Origin: Gemmatimonadota bacterium
Lineage (GTDB): Bacteria > Gemmatimonadota > Gemmatimonadetes > JACCXV01 > JAHWKZ01
NCBI GenBank assembly: GCA_046261835.1
Contig: JBHEOA010000058.1
Coordinates: 763 to 64,762 of the forward strand
Length of the DNA stretch: 64,000 nucleotides
Reading direction: 5' to 3'
Part shown: piece after piece, positions 29,413 through 40,424 of the stretch
Layout: each line of letters opens with the position of its first letter
Numbering within the stretch: position 1 is the stretch's first letter
Translations under genes and position numbers: made by a program
Notes under the pieces: generated by a model
Told to the model about the DNA's origin: nothing
The model's database searches: none
What the model saw: the letters and a program-made list of their open reading frames with translations, nothing else

Positions 29413-30596
29413 TCGATACGGAGACGGTCCGCGCGTTCCTCGACGAACGCCACGTCGCATGGGCCGAGCGTGTGGCAACGTTCGCTCGCGAGCGAATCGC
29501 GCCACTGCCCGACCCGCGCGATGACGCCGCGGCTCGCGATCAGGCGCGCGCGATCCTTTCGCTCTTCGGCGATACCGATCTTCACGCACCGATTCTGGAG
29601 ACCGACCTCCGCGCGATTGCGCTCGCGCGCGAGGCGCTCGCGTGGGCCTCACCCCTCGCCGACGCGGTCTATGCGCTCCAGGCGCTCGGGACGACGCCGA
29701 TCGTCCTCGCGGGGAGCGATGTCCTGCGAAGGCGGTGGCTGTCTGAGGTTTCCGCCGGCCGCGCGATGGCGGCCTTCGCCATGACCGAGCTCGAGGCGGG
29801 CTCCGACGTGGCCGCGATGGCGACGACCGCGCGCAAGGATGGGAGCGGGTGGGTCCTCGATGGAACCAAATCCTTCATCTCGAATGCCGGGATCGCCGAC
29901 TTCTATACCGTGTTCGCGACGACCGACACGTCCCGGGGCGCCAAAGCAATCGCCTGCTTCGTCATCCTGGCGGACACCGCGGGGCTCGAGTTCGTCGGCC
30001 CCCAGGTGCTTTCCGCCCCGCACCCCCTCGGAGAGATCCGCTTCGCGGACTGCCGGGTCGAGGACGACTGCCTCCTGGCCGGCCCCTACGACGGCTACAA
30101 GCTGGGCCTCGCGACGCTCGACCGTCTGCGCGCCACGGTCGCCGCCGCGGCGTGCGGCATGGCGGCGCGCGCGCTCGATGAGGCGACCGCGCACGCACGC
30201 GAGCGACATCAGTTCGGGAAGCCACTCGCCGACTTCCAGCTCGTCCAGGAGAAGCTCGCGCGGATGGCGACCGATCTCGCCGCGGCGCGCCTCCTCACGT
30301 ACCGCGCGGCATGGGCCAAGGACCGTGGCGCCGACCGGGTGACGATGGAGTCGGCGATGGCCAAGTCGTTCGCCACCGAGGCGGCCCAGCGAATCGTCGA
30401 CGACGCGGTCCAGATCCTGGGCGGGCGCGGCGTCCTCGCCGACCACCCCGTCGACCGGCTCTACCGTGCCGTCCGCGCGCTGCGGATCTACGAGGGGACG
30501 ACCGAGATCCAGCGACTCGTGATCGCGCGCCATCTGCTGAACCGCGCGCCGGCCGCCAACCCCGCGGCTTCTCCGCGGAACCCCGCCGCGCCGTGA
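29409..30596 (+). CDS. Acyl-CoA dehydrogenase
   Basis: [15 protein letters not shown]...[42 protein letters not shown]; TTG start overlapping the previous stop. Confidence 0.8.
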   Translation: MIDTETVRAFLDERHVAWAERVATFARERIAPLPDPRDDAAARDQARAILSLFGDTDLHAPILETDLRAIALAREALAWASPLADAVYALQALGTTPIVLAGSDVLRRRWLSEVSAGRAMAAFAMTELEAGSDVAAMATTARKDGSGWVLDGTKSFISNAGIADFYTVFATTDTSRGAKAIACFVILADTAGLEFVGPQVLSAPHPLGEIRFADCRVEDDCLLAGPYDGYKLGLATLDRLRATVAAAACGMAARALDEATAHARERHQFGKPLADFQLVQEKLARMATDLAAARLLTYRAAWAKDRGADRVTMESAMAKSFATEAAQRIVDDAVQILGGRGVLADHPVDRLYRAVRALRIYEGTTEIQRLVIARHLLNRAPAANPAASPRNPAAP

Positions 30597-32848
30597 GGAT
30601 CGTCGCGGTCGGCGGCGGCCCGGCCGGCCTCTACCTCTCGATCCTTCTCAAGCGATCGGATCCTTCTCGCGATGTCGTCGTCCTCGAGCGGAATCCACCG
30701 GACGCGACGTACGGTTTCGGCGTCGTCTTTTCCGACGCCACGCTCGAGGCCCTCTCCGCCGCCGGACCGGAGACGTTCGATGACATCTCGGATCGGCTCT
30801 ACCACTGGGACGACATCGACGTCCACTACCAGGGAGAGATCCTGACCTCGACCGGCCACGGCTTCAGCGGTCTCGAGCGACGCGTCCTCCTCGAATCGCT
30901 CTCCGATCGCGCCCGTTCACTCGGAGTCGACCTCCGGGTCGGAGTCGATGTCGGTGACCCCGAAGCACTGCTCGGCGAGGCCGATCTCCTCGTGGGGGCC
31001 GACGGGGCGAACTCGATCGTTCGCGAGCGACGGGGGGAGGCATTCGAGCCGAGCGTCGACTTGCGCCCCAACCGATTCGTCTGGCTCGGCACTACCCGTC
31101 CATTCGAATCCTTCAAGTTCTACTTCAAGTGGGATGAGCATGGCCTTTGGCGCGTCCACGCTTACCGCTATGCCGAAGACGCCTCGACCTTCATCGTCGA
31201 AGCGACCGAGGAGACCATCCAGAAGGCCGGTCTAGAAGACGCCCCGGAGGCCGAAACGGTCGCCTTCTGCGAAGCCCTCTTCGCCGATGAGCTCGAGGGT
31301 CACCCCCTGATCCCCAACCGCTCGATCTGGCGCCGCTTCCCTACCATCCGCTGCGCGGCCTGGAGCGAGGGTCGCACCGTCCTGATCGGGGACGCGGCCC
31401 ATACGGCTCATTTCTCGGTCGGATCGGGCACCAAGTTGGCCATGGAAGACGCCATCGCGCTAGCGAACGCGCTCGATCGGGCGCCTGATCTTGCGACCGC
31501 GCTCGAGGGCTACGAGGCCGAGCGCCGGCCACAGGTGGAGTCGCTCCAGCGCGCGGCCCAGGCTTCACTCCAGTGGTTCGAGGGGACCGAGCGGTACTGG
31601 GGCACCGAGCCGATTCAGTTCGCCTTCAACCTCCTCACGCGATCGCTCCGTATCACACACCAGGACCTCAAGGAGCGCGATCCCTCGTTCACCGCTCGCG
31701 TGGATCGGTGGTTCGCCGAGCGCGCCTCTGAGCAGAGCGGGGTCGAGGTGCCGCTCGATCCAACCCCGCCACCCCTCTTCACGCCCTTTCGCCTGCGCGA
31801 GCTCGTCCTCCCCAACCGCGTCGTCGTCAGCGCGATGTGCCAGTACAGCGCTGAGGACGGCACGCCCAACGACTGGCACTTGGTCCACCTCGGGAGCCGC
31901 GCCATGGGTGGCGCGGGACTCGTGATCGCGGAGATGACCGACGTCTCGCGCGAGGCGCGCATCTCGCCCGGCTGTACGGGCCTCTACAAGGACGAGCACG
32001 CCGACGCCTGGCGGCGGATCGTCGATTTCGTTCACCAGAGCACCGAGGCGAAGATCGGAATCCAGCTCGGCCACGCCGGGCGCAAGGGGTCGACGCGCCT
32101 CGCATGGGATGGGATGGACGAGCCGCTCGAGGAAGGCGGATGGGAGATCGTGGCGCCGTCGCCGCTACCGTGGTACCCGCACAGCCCGGTTCCCAAAGAG
32201 ATGACGCGCGACGACATGGATCGCGTGAAGGAGGACTTCGCTCTCGCCGCAGGGATGACGCTCGCCGCTGGGTTCGATCTCCTGGAGGTCCACATGGCGC
32301 ACGGCTACCTCCTCGCCTCGTTCCTCTCGCCCGCGACCAACCTGAGGGAGGACGAGTACGGCGGATCGCTCGAGAACCGGCTCAGGTTCCCGCTCGAGGT
32401 TCTCGATGCAGCGCGATCGGTATGGCCCGAGGAGAAGCCGCTCTCGGTCCGTATCTCGGCGATCGACTGGGTCCCCGAGGGGCAGACGATCGAGGACTCG
32501 ATCGCTGTGGCGCGAGCGCTCGTCGAGCACGGCGCGGATCTGGTCGACGTTTCGGCCGGCCAGACGGTGCCGCACGCCAAGCCGCTCTACGGCCGCCAGT
32601 TCCAGACGCCGTTCGCCGATCGCATCCGCCACGAGGTCGGGATCGCGACGATGGCGGTCGGCAACATCTCGTCGTACATGGACGTCAACACGATTTTGGC
32701 CGCCGGCCGCGCCGACCTGTGCGCGATGGCGCGCGCGCATCTGTGGGACCCGTACTGGTCGCGGAACGCGGCGTGGCGGATGGGGTGGAAGCTCCCCTGG
32801 CCCAAGCCCTACGAGTCGCTCGACCGCTACAACCCGAGGTTCGAATGA
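30593..32848 (+). CDS. 2-aminobenzoyl-CoA monooxygenase/reductase-like fusion (FAD monooxygenase N-domain + Old-Yellow-Enzyme NADH:flavin oxidoreductase C-domain)
   Basis: N-terminus [14 protein letters not shown]...[10 protein letters not shown]...[24 protein letters not shown] (PHBH-type). C-terminus [21 protein letters not shown]...[30 protein letters not shown] (OYE). Matches the Azoarcus-type ACMR / salicylyl-CoA 5-hydroxylase layout. Confidence 0.8.
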   Translation: MRIVAVGGGPAGLYLSILLKRSDPSRDVVVLERNPPDATYGFGVVFSDATLEALSAAGPETFDDISDRLYHWDDIDVHYQGEILTSTGHGFSGLERRVLLESLSDRARSLGVDLRVGVDVGDPEALLGEADLLVGADGANSIVRERRGEAFEPSVDLRPNRFVWLGTTRPFESFKFYFKWDEHGLWRVHAYRYAEDASTFIVEATEETIQKAGLEDAPEAETVAFCEALFADELEGHPLIPNRSIWRRFPTIRCAAWSEGRTVLIGDAAHTAHFSVGSGTKLAMEDAIALANALDRAPDLATALEGYEAERRPQVESLQRAAQASLQWFEGTERYWGTEPIQFAFNLLTRSLRITHQDLKERDPSFTARVDRWFAERASEQSGVEVPLDPTPPPLFTPFRLRELVLPNRVVVSAMCQYSAEDGTPNDWHLVHLGSRAMGGAGLVIAEMTDVSREARISPGCTGLYKDEHADAWRRIVDFVHQSTEAKIGIQLGHAGRKGSTRLAWDGMDEPLEEGGWEIVAPSPLPWYPHSPVPKEMTRDDMDRVKEDFALAAGMTLAAGFDLLEVHMAHGYLLASFLSPATNLREDEYGGSLENRLRFPLEVLDAARSVWPEEKPLSVRISAIDWVPEGQTIEDSIAVARALVEHGADLVDVSAGQTVPHAKPLYGRQFQTPFADRIRHEVGIATMAVGNISSYMDVNTILAAGRADLCAMARAHLWDPYWSRNAAWRMGWKLPWPKPYESLDRYNPRFE

Positions 32849-33003
32849 CTGCTCAAGGATCGGGAAAACAGATCCCGCATGATCATTAGTCGATCACCGG
32901 GAGGTTGTTCCACATCCGGGTCTTGAGCTTCCCATGCCAAGCCGTGAATGAAGCGCGCCGGCCCGCTATCGCTCAGTCGGGACCAGCTCGCGCCGTCCCA
33001 CGC

Positions 33004-33540
33004 CTAGAGGTCTCCCAGCACCCTGCGGCCGTCGTTTCCACCGAAGAGCAGGACCCGTCCCCCCGAGGGATCCCAGACCATTTCATGACCGAAGGGCGCC
33101 GGGGGTCCCACGCCGGAATGCTCACGCCAGATGCTCCCATCCCACGTCCAGGTGTCGCCGAAGATCCTCCCGCCTACCCCGCCATTCACGAGCGTGACAC
33201 GTCGCACCGAATCGTACGTGCCTGCGGCCCAGAAGCGGCCTGTCGGGCCAGCCGTGTCAGCGAGGATCCATCGGTTCCCGTCCGTTTCCCACGTCGATCG
33301 CGGCAGCCCGCGACCCGCGCCTTCGCCTCCGAACACGACGAGGCGGCCGCGGCCGGAGTCGAAGGCGGTGGCAGCGGCGAACAGTGATGGAGGGCGAGTC
33401 GACTGCCCGCTGAGCGGAGCATGTTGGATCAGAAGTGACAGAGCCAAAGCGGATATGAGGAAACAGCTGCCGAGAGCGATGCGCGCATAGCGGAGCTCGG
33501 GAAGCGCTTCGAGGGTAGCGAGGTCGACCGAGCCGGACAA
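33004..33540 (-). CDS. Kelch-repeat (beta-propeller) secreted protein
   Basis: Repeated VVFGG..G....DTW.WDG..W Kelch-like motifs; N-terminal signal. Confidence 0.55.
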   Translation of the reverse strand: MSGSVDLATLEALPELRYARIALGSCFLISALALSLLIQHAPLSGQSTRPPSLFAAATAFDSGRGRLVVFGGEGAGRGLPRSTWETDGNRWILADTAGPTGRFWAAGTYDSVRRVTLVNGGVGGRIFGDTWTWDGSIWREHSGVGPPAPFGHEMVWDPSGGRVLLFGGNDGRRVLGDL

Positions 33541-33559
33541 AGCCTGGCCCGAAAAACCC

Positions 33560-34120
33560 GAACCCCATCCCCCTGAGATTCGGCTTCGCGCTCGCCGCGC
33601 TCTTCCTCGGCCGCCTGCTCGCGTGCGCGCGACGCAGCTTGCTCGGGCGAGTCGATGGAGTTGCCGCTGAACGATGGACCGGCGAGGTAGAGGTTGGGCG
33701 CCACGATCTCGCCCCGCGCGGCGCGTTCCTTCAGCTCGAGCTGGCCTGGGAACCCGAGCATGCCGCGCACGGTCGTGATGCCGTTGGCGACGTAGAGGAA
33801 GAGGACCGCTCGATGTGATCAGCCGGAGCGTCGGGCGGCGGGATGTGGCCGTGCATCTCGGCCAGGCCCGGCAAGAGGAAACGGCCGGCGCCGTCGATCA
33901 CGGTGGCGCCCTCGGGCACGGGAGTCGAAGCGGCAGGACCCACCGCAACGATCCTGTCGCCGCGCACGATCACGGTGTGGTCTGGCAGTACGTGCTCCTG
34001 ATCCATCGGAATGACGGAAGCATGGACGATCGCGACGATGGAGTCGGTCGGTGCGGGGGTCGGTTTGTGACCGCTCGAGCACGCGAGTGCGGCGGCGGCG
34101 ATGCTGGCGAGAAGGTTCAC
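33560..34120 (-). pseudogene. N-terminal remnant (~190 aa) of an amidohydrolase-family protein, frameshifted and truncated
   Basis: IVRGDRIVAVGP...ATVIDGAGRFLLPGLAEMHGHIP, then in a second frame GMLGFPGQLELKERAARGEIVAPNLYLAGPSFSGNS. No room for the ~250 aa catalytic remainder before the Kelch gene. Confidence 0.45.
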
Positions 34121-34158
34121 CGGTCAGTCATCCTTTCGAGTGTAGCGAAGTCGCGAGG

Positions 34159-34542
34159 TCACGTCCCAGGTGGCCCCCCATCGATCGAGCGTGCGGTTTC
34201 GACGACGAAGCCGTTCGCGCTGATCTCGCGATAGGCGGTGCGGAGCCGCACGGGTCCCATTCGCGTCTCGACGTCCGCGAACACCTCGAGATCCTTACCG
34301 CCGCTCACTCCTTCCCCCTCGGTAATCAGCAGGAGACCGTGATCGGAATCGACGAAGAGCCGTTGGACCGGGCCCTCGCGCGACAAGCGCATCTCGGCAT
34401 CGACGTCCCACGCCCCGACTAGAAACGAGAGCGCCTCGAGCTCGGGCTGACGACATGTGACGAAGGCGGCCTCTTGGGCGTGGGCGATGTCCGCGGCGAG
34501 CAGGACGAAGAGGACCAAAGCGAGAGAGAGGCGACAACCCAT
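34159..34542 (-). CDS. Small secreted protein of unknown function
   Basis: Signal peptide MGCRLSLALVLFVLLAADIAHAQEA; no recognised motif. Confidence 0.4.
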   Translation of the reverse strand: MGCRLSLALVLFVLLAADIAHAQEAAFVTCRQPELEALSFLVGAWDVDAEMRLSREGPVQRLFVDSDHGLLLITEGEGVSGGKDLEVFADVETRMGPVRLRTAYREISANGFVVETARSIDGGPPGT

Positions 34543-34754
34543 GACCCCAGAGACGAATTGCACCGCCCGACGTTCAAGAGCGCGATACGGAAGATGACCA
34601 GCGCGTAGGCGCGGGCGCCACCGGCGCGCGAGTTGCAGGTGAGCGACACGCTTCCTAGACTCGCAGCGATTCACGCGACCGGAGACCGACGATCCCCCAG
34701 ACGACACTCGACCTCTTCCCCGCGCATGAGGCGCCCCGGCGCGTCCTGCGCGAA

Positions 34755-36260
34755 GTGTTCGGCTTCGACCACTTCCGCCCTGGACAGGCGGAGGTCGTCG
34801 AGGCGGTACTTGCCGGACGCGACTGCATCGCGGTCATGCCGACGGGGGCTGGCAAATCGCTGACATTTCAGCTCCCGGCGCGGATTCTCCCGGGGACCGT
34901 TCTCGTCCTCTCGCCGCTCATCTCGCTCATGAAGGACCAGGTCGACGCGCTGACGGTGCTCGGGTTCCGGGCCACGGCGATCAACTCGGCACTCGATCCC
35001 GCCGAGCGCTCCGCGCGGATCCGCGCCCTCGAAGAAGGACGCTGGGAGCTCGCCTATCTCGCACCTGAAGCGATCGAAGGTTCGCTTCGCCGGTTTCTAG
35101 GGCGCTGTCCGATCTCGCTTCTCGTGGTCGACGAGGCGCATTGCATCAGCCAGTGGGGGCACGACTTCCGGCCCTCCTACCGGCGGCTGGCGGGCCTCAA
35201 GGAGGAGCTGGGTGACGTGCCGGTTCTGGCGCTCACCGCGACCGCCACGCGACGGGTCGCGCGCGACATCGTACGACAGCTCGGGATGCGGTCGCCGGCC
35301 GGCTACAAGGGATCCTTCTTCCGGCAGAACCTGACCCTCTGGGTGCGGAAGAAGGGCCAGGGCGGAAACACCCGACGCGAGATTCTATCCCTGATCCGCG
35401 AGCGAGCCGGAGAGAGCGGGATCGTCTACTGCCTGTCCCGGAAGTCGGTCGATGGGCTGGCGGTCTGGCTCAGGAAGCACGGCGTGCGAGCGGTCCCTTA
35501 CCACGCCGGGATGACCGACGAGGATCGCCACGCCAACCAGGAAGCCTTCGCCCGCGACGACGCCGACGTCATGGTCTCCACCATCGCGTTCGGGATGGGG
35601 ATCGACAAGCCGAACGTTCGGTTCGTCATTCACAAGGATCTGCCCAAGGACGTGGAGTCGTGGTACCAGGAGTTCGGCCGCGCCGGCAGGGACGGCCTTC
35701 CGAGCGACTGCTTCCTCTTCTACTCGTGGGCCGACGTGATGCTCCACGAGCGGTTCCTCACCTCCGTCGACGACCGCGAGTTGCGAGAAGCGAAGCGCCG
35801 GTCGACGGTGCACTTGTTCGACGTGGTCGATCGTGAGACCTGCCGCCACCGCGAAGTCCTGGCCCACTTCGACGAGCGAATCGATGCGTGCGGGGATGCC
35901 TGCGACGTCTGCCGGGGGACGAGCGTGGAGGCGATCATGGCGGAGACGCGCCAGCGAAGGAGGAGCACGCCGGAATCGCTGCACGGCCCAACATCGTCCG
36001 GTGGCGACCTCGTCCCCGGCGAGCTCGCGTCCCCCGACGAGGCGCTCTTCCGGCGCCTGCGAACGGTTCGCAAGGCGCTCGCCGACGCCCAAGGTGTTCC
36101 GGCCTACGTGGTCTTCAGCGACGCCACGCTCCGCGACATGGCTCGTCGCTGTCCGCGCGACGAGATCGAGATGCTCGAAGTCTCGGGCGTGGGGCCCGTC
36201 AAGCTCGAGCGCTACGGGCGCGCATTCCTCGACGCGCTGCATCAAGCCGCTTCGCGGTGA
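34755..36260 (+). CDS. recQ: ATP-dependent DNA helicase RecQ (short form; true start probably upstream non-ATG)
   Basis: [30 protein letters not shown] (motif I), [21 protein letters not shown] (DEAH), Zn-binding cysteines, C-terminal HRDC ([17 protein letters not shown]). Confidence 0.8.
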   Translation: MFGFDHFRPGQAEVVEAVLAGRDCIAVMPTGAGKSLTFQLPARILPGTVLVLSPLISLMKDQVDALTVLGFRATAINSALDPAERSARIRALEEGRWELAYLAPEAIEGSLRRFLGRCPISLLVVDEAHCISQWGHDFRPSYRRLAGLKEELGDVPVLALTATATRRVARDIVRQLGMRSPAGYKGSFFRQNLTLWVRKKGQGGNTRREILSLIRERAGESGIVYCLSRKSVDGLAVWLRKHGVRAVPYHAGMTDEDRHANQEAFARDDADVMVSTIAFGMGIDKPNVRFVIHKDLPKDVESWYQEFGRAGRDGLPSDCFLFYSWADVMLHERFLTSVDDRELREAKRRSTVHLFDVVDRETCRHREVLAHFDERIDACGDACDVCRGTSVEAIMAETRQRRRSTPESLHGPTSSGGDLVPGELASPDEALFRRLRTVRKALADAQGVPAYVVFSDATLRDMARRCPRDEIEMLEVSGVGPVKLERYGRAFLDALHQAASR

Positions 36261-36278
36261 CGGGCTTGAGCGACGTCA

Positions 36279-37622
36279 CTACTCCTCTTCGAATTCCTCC
36301 TCTTCGAGCTCCTTCAGAGCGAGACGGGCGACGTGTTGCGCGGTCGGGTGGAAGCGAGGGTTGAGGGCCACCGCGCGCTCGAGGTTCACACGTGCGGCGG
36401 AACGATTGCCGAGCGCCCGCTCGATGATCCCCGCGTGAAGGAACAAGGTCCCGTCCCGCGTGCCCATCCGGAGGGCCTCCGCGATCGCCGTTTGCGCACC
36501 GGCTAGGTCGCCGGTCAGGTAGCGCGCCCAGGCGAGCTGGTCCCAGCCGTAGACGTCCGGGCGATCGACGATCTCGCGCTCGAGGATCGAGCGCGTCGAG
36601 GCGAGCTCACGGCCGTGCTCTAGGCGGAAGAGCGTCCACTGGCGGGCGTATGGCTCCGACGTCTCGCGCGCGAGACGCTCCACGTCGGCGTAGGCTGCCT
36701 CCGCGCGCGAGGAGTCGCCGAGGGCGGCCCAAGCGTCCCCCACGAGCGCGACCGTCGCCATGTCGGGGACGATGGCTATCGCGCGACGGCCCCACTCGAG
36801 GGCGCCCTGCCAATCCCCGTCGAGCGCCCGAAGACGTGCGCCCGCCGCGAGCAGCCGTGGATCGTCCGGCGCGATCGCCAATCCTACCTCGAGCGCTTTC
36901 CCGGCGGCCTCCAACCGACCGTTCCGTAGCTCTAGATCGACTACCCGCAGATGAAACCACGCGACCTGCTCCCGAGCCAGGTCGGACCGCCGATCCGCCT
37001 CGTCGCGCGCGACCGCGAGAACTCGCCGTGCCTCTTCGGTCCTTCCGTGAATCTCGGCCCAACGCGCGAGTCGCGGCAAGACCGCGAGGTTTCGCCGTTC
37101 GCCACCCAACGTGGCAAACGTCGCGTCTGCCTCATCGTATTTCCCCAACTCGAGCTGGATCTCTCCGAGAAGGGCGCGATGGTGGGCCTGCTCGGGTTCG
37201 CGCGCGACGAGGACCTCGGCCACATCGAGAGCGTCGACGAAGCGATGCTGGGCCAGGAGACTCGCAGCGAGCTGGAGATACGCGCCGCCGTTGTGCGGGG
37301 TCCGAAGCAAGAGCGAACGCCGGGCCATGGCCTCGGCGCGACGGTAGTCCTGGTACTCCCCGGTCTCGCGTGCGCGCTGGAGGTACTGGCTCGCCAGCCG
37401 GGCGTGGTCGAACGCGCTCTCGGGATCCCGCTCGACCCGCCGTTCATAGAACGCGATCTCGCGCTCGCGCAGGGCCCGCTCCGAGGCGGCCGAACGAGCC
37501 GTCACGGCTGTCTCCGCCCGGACCGCCATCCGGCCCCCGCTGCCCCACAGGCCAGCGACCGCCGCGAGGCCGGCGGCCAGAATCAGAAACCATCTCCCGA
37601 GGCGACGCATCGCGCCCAGCAC
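36279..37622 (-). CDS. TPR-repeat protein with N-terminal signal/anchor
   Basis: N-terminal hydrophobic segment, then repeated TPR-like Ala/Leu-rich units. Confidence 0.6.
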   Translation of the reverse strand: MLGAMRRLGRWFLILAAGLAAVAGLWGSGGRMAVRAETAVTARSAASERALREREIAFYERRVERDPESAFDHARLASQYLQRARETGEYQDYRRAEAMARRSLLLRTPHNGGAYLQLAASLLAQHRFVDALDVAEVLVAREPEQAHHRALLGEIQLELGKYDEADATFATLGGERRNLAVLPRLARWAEIHGRTEEARRVLAVARDEADRRSDLAREQVAWFHLRVVDLELRNGRLEAAGKALEVGLAIAPDDPRLLAAGARLRALDGDWQGALEWGRRAIAIVPDMATVALVGDAWAALGDSSRAEAAYADVERLARETSEPYARQWTLFRLEHGRELASTRSILEREIVDRPDVYGWDQLAWARYLTGDLAGAQTAIAEALRMGTRDGTLFLHAGIIERALGNRSAARVNLERAVALNPRFHPTAQHVARLALKELEEEEFEEE

Positions 37623-38159
37623 CTAGTTCGGCGCGGCAAGGTAGGGAAACGTCGTCGAGAACGCCTTGTTGTTGGCGTCCACGTTGTCGGTGCTCAGGCA
37701 TGCCGTCGTGTTGGCCGGATCGAGGAGTGGGCCGAACACGGCCATGAGGGCGACGTCTACGACGTCGTCCGACAGCGTGCGTCCTCCGTACCCGTCTGCA
37801 ACGGCCCAGGTCAACCAGCCGGCGGTCGAGCCCGGCTTCTGAGTCTGGACGACCAGCATGTCGGGCAGGAGCACGCTCGAGATCGTATTGGCCAGAGTCT
37901 GGCTCCGGCCAGCGACCTGGGTGATGAAAAGGACCAGGTCGTCGGTAAAGGCGGCACGGTCTTGAGATGGAACGAGGGTGTTGTGGTGTCCATGCTCGCG
38001 CTTGGCGATCAGCGCCTCGCTGACGAGGGGGTTTCCGAGCCGCTCGATCTGGTTGAACACCACGCCGCCGGGGATGGGTCCGGTCACGTCGTCGTCGGAA
38101 CAGCCGAGCGCCATGGTGAGGGGCGCCGACAAGAGGATCATCATCATGAGAATTCTCAT
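37623..38159 (-). CDS. Lipoprotein resembling the C-terminal half of DUF4331 proteins
   Basis: Lipobox LTMALGC; positioned immediately after the DUF4331-like gene as if split from it. Confidence 0.4.
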   Translation of the reverse strand: MRILMMMILLSAPLTMALGCSDDDVTGPIPGGVVFNQIERLGNPLVSEALIAKREHGHHNTLVPSQDRAAFTDDLVLFITQVAGRSQTLANTISSVLLPDMLVVQTQKPGSTAGWLTWAVADGYGGRTLSDDVVDVALMAVFGPLLDPANTTACLSTDNVDANNKAFSTTFPYLAAPN

Positions 38160-38190
38160 CGTTTCGTCTCCCGCCTGAAAGGTGGAATCG

Positions 38191-38910
38191 CTACCGGCTG
38201 GTCGTCGCCCAGACGCCGATCTTGCCCGTGCCGCCGCCGGTGAGCTCGGATTCGGGCAGCTCGATCACCATCGCCAGCGTGTTGAAGCCGGAGACGAAGT
38301 CGACGCCGGGATCGCGGAAGCAGGACGCCGACGGGGTGTCCGGCAGATCCGCCAGCGCGCCCGTGGAGGGCTGACGGTCAGGCACGATCCGGAAGAACTG
38401 CTCGAGGTCGATGAAGAAGGGATCGTCCCGGATGCCGGCGAAGACCTGCATCCCATTTGCGGAACCGAACGTCTCGTTGATTCGACCACTCGCCGCTGGT
38501 GCGACGTCGAGCTTCGTGTTCAGCATGCCGATCTCGTTCGGCGCGACCGGGCCGCGCACCTCGACCCTCTGATCGCTGCCTTCCCCCTCGAATGTGACCT
38601 GTAGCACCAGGTCCTCGATGGCGTCGTCGTTGTTGTCGATCTTGATCTGGTACAGGAGCTCGGGGTCGAAGGATGCGCTCGCCGACTGTGCCGGCGTCAG
38701 CGGCGAGGACGTGTCCACCACCAGGACGATCCGGTCGTCGTTGGAGCCCGGAAATGCGTACACGTCGTTGATGTCCATGCGCGGGCTCAGCTCGACCTCG
38801 GTCGTGTCCTGATGGTCCGAGCCGACGAGCCGCGTCGCCAGGAATCCGGCGCTGCCCAGAATCGGCACCACCGCCAGGACCGCCAGCGATCGAAGGGTCT
38901 TCCGATTCAT
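38191..38910 (-). CDS. Secreted DUF4331-like protein (N-terminal half of the family)
   Basis: Signal peptide MNRKTLRSLAVLAVVPILG; motifs DINDVYAF and GIRDDPFFIDL resemble the DUF4331 RDDPFF signature (recalled, not verified). Confidence 0.45.
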   Translation of the reverse strand: MNRKTLRSLAVLAVVPILGSAGFLATRLVGSDHQDTTEVELSPRMDINDVYAFPGSNDDRIVLVVDTSSPLTPAQSASASFDPELLYQIKIDNNDDAIEDLVLQVTFEGEGSDQRVEVRGPVAPNEIGMLNTKLDVAPAASGRINETFGSANGMQVFAGIRDDPFFIDLEQFFRIVPDRQPSTGALADLPDTPSASCFRDPGVDFVSGFNTLAMVIELPESELTGGGTGKIGVWATTSR

Positions 38911-39071
38911 CGCGTGCCCTCCTTGAGAGCGGGTTCGATGGTTCGTTCGTGCGTGGAGTACGGAGCAGGGAGGGCGACGGATTGGGGCTGGGACTAAATT
39001 CTTCGAGCAGGCGTCCGATTCGCGGCGCGCTTCGTATATGCAACCAAAGGCTCGATGGATCTCTGACCGAC

Positions 39072-39638
39072 GTGGAGCGCGGAGTGACGTCACCGGAACA
39101 CATCGAGTCGCTGTTGAGCCGAGTCGCGGGGCGTGACTCCCGCGCGCTCGGCGAGCTCTACGACTGCACGGCGCGCTATGTGCTCGGCCTCGTGCGCCGC
39201 ATGGTGGCGGATTCGGATGCTGCGGCAGAGATCGTTCAGGAGGTCTACGTCCAGGTCTGGCGCACGGCGGCGTACTTCGACCCCGCGCGCGCGTCGGGCT
39301 GGTCCTGGCTCGCGTTGCTCGCCCGGAGCCGGGCCGTCGACCGGCTGCGCGCGGAGCGTTCCTATCGAGGCGCCTTGGCCGATTTCGAGGTCGAGCCCGT
39401 GGCGGCCGCGGCCTCCCCCGAGGACGAAGCCGGGCTGGCCGAGAGAAGCCGCCTCGTTCGGTCGGCGATGGCCGAGCTGCCGGCCGAGCAGCGCGAGTCC
39501 TTGGAGCTCGCGTTCTTCGGATGCCTGAGCCATAGCGAGATCGCGGAGCGCACCGAAACGTCACTCGGCACGGTAAAGACCCGTATCCGGGCGGCGATGC
39601 AAAAGCTGGAGCGGGCGCTCGGCCCGGTCCTGAGATGA
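39072..39638 (+). CDS. ECF (sigma-70 family) RNA polymerase sigma factor; start uncertain (ORF opens 38949)
   Basis: Region 2 (ARYVLGLVRRMV...AEIVQEVYVQVW) and region 4 HTH (SLELAFFGCLSHSEIAERTETSLGTVKTRI). Confidence 0.7.
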   Translation: MERGVTSPEHIESLLSRVAGRDSRALGELYDCTARYVLGLVRRMVADSDAAAEIVQEVYVQVWRTAAYFDPARASGWSWLALLARSRAVDRLRAERSYRGALADFEVEPVAAAASPEDEAGLAERSRLVRSAMAELPAEQRESLELAFFGCLSHSEIAERTETSLGTVKTRIRAAMQKLERALGPVLR

Positions 39639-39651
39639 CACGCGGACGGCG

Positions 39652-40422
39652 ATGACCGAAGAAAGATTCGAGGATCTCGCCCTGGAGTACCTGCTGGGGT
39701 CGCTCTCCGCGGAGGACGCGGCCCCGTTCGAGGCCGAACTCACTCGGCGGGGCCCGGAAGGTGCAGCCGTGCTGCGGCGCGTCAGCGAGATGCTGGGCGC
39801 GCTCGCGCTCGCCGCGCCTCCGGCCGAGCCGCCGGCGGAGCTCAGGAAGCGCATCCTGTCGGCGATGGAGGTTGGGCCGCCTGGCGGGACGTCACTCGAG
39901 CCCGTCATCCCGCTCCGCCGCGCGCGTCGTTGGCCCTGGATCGCCGCGGCCGGCATCGCCGCCGCGCTCGCCCTCTGGCTCGGCGTCACGAATACGCGGC
40001 TTCGCGACGAGCGTGCCAGGGTCTTGAGCGACCGCGATCGGCTCGCGGCCGAGCTCGCGGCTGTGCGCGATACGCTTTCCTTCGTGGCCGCGCCCCAGGC
40101 GAGCGTCGTGTCACTGGCGGGGACCGAGGCGGAGCCGCGCGCGCACGCGCGTGTCTTCCTCGACCCCGCGACCGGACGCGCGATTCTCTTCGCGTACGAG
40201 CTTCCCGTGCTGGCGGCGGGGTCGGTCTACGAGCTATGGGCCATCGCGGGCGACACCCCACGCCCGGCCGGGGTCTTCACCGTCGATCGTGAGGGCACGG
40301 GGCGTCTCGAGATCGACGACCCCTCGATCTTCCGCGACGTCGACGTTTTCGCCGTCACCGTCGAGCCAGCTCCCGGAACCGAATCTCCAACGGGGTCGAT
40401 GGTGCTGATCTCGGGGTCCTAG
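39652..40422 (+). CDS. Anti-sigma factor (RskA/anti-sigma-K-like; single TM, C-terminal extracytoplasmic domain)
   Basis: Immediately downstream of the ECF sigma gene. LALEYLLGSLSAEDAAPFEAEL N-terminal anti-sigma motif; TM WPWIAAAGIAAALALWLGV; C-terminal RskA-like domain. Confidence 0.65.
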   Translation: MTEERFEDLALEYLLGSLSAEDAAPFEAELTRRGPEGAAVLRRVSEMLGALALAAPPAEPPAELRKRILSAMEVGPPGGTSLEPVIPLRRARRWPWIAAAGIAAALALWLGVTNTRLRDERARVLSDRDRLAAELAAVRDTLSFVAAPQASVVSLAGTEAEPRAHARVFLDPATGRAILFAYELPVLAAGSVYELWAIAGDTPRPAGVFTVDREGTGRLEIDDPSIFRDVDVFAVTVEPAPGTESPTGSMVLISGS

Positions 40423-40424
40423 GA

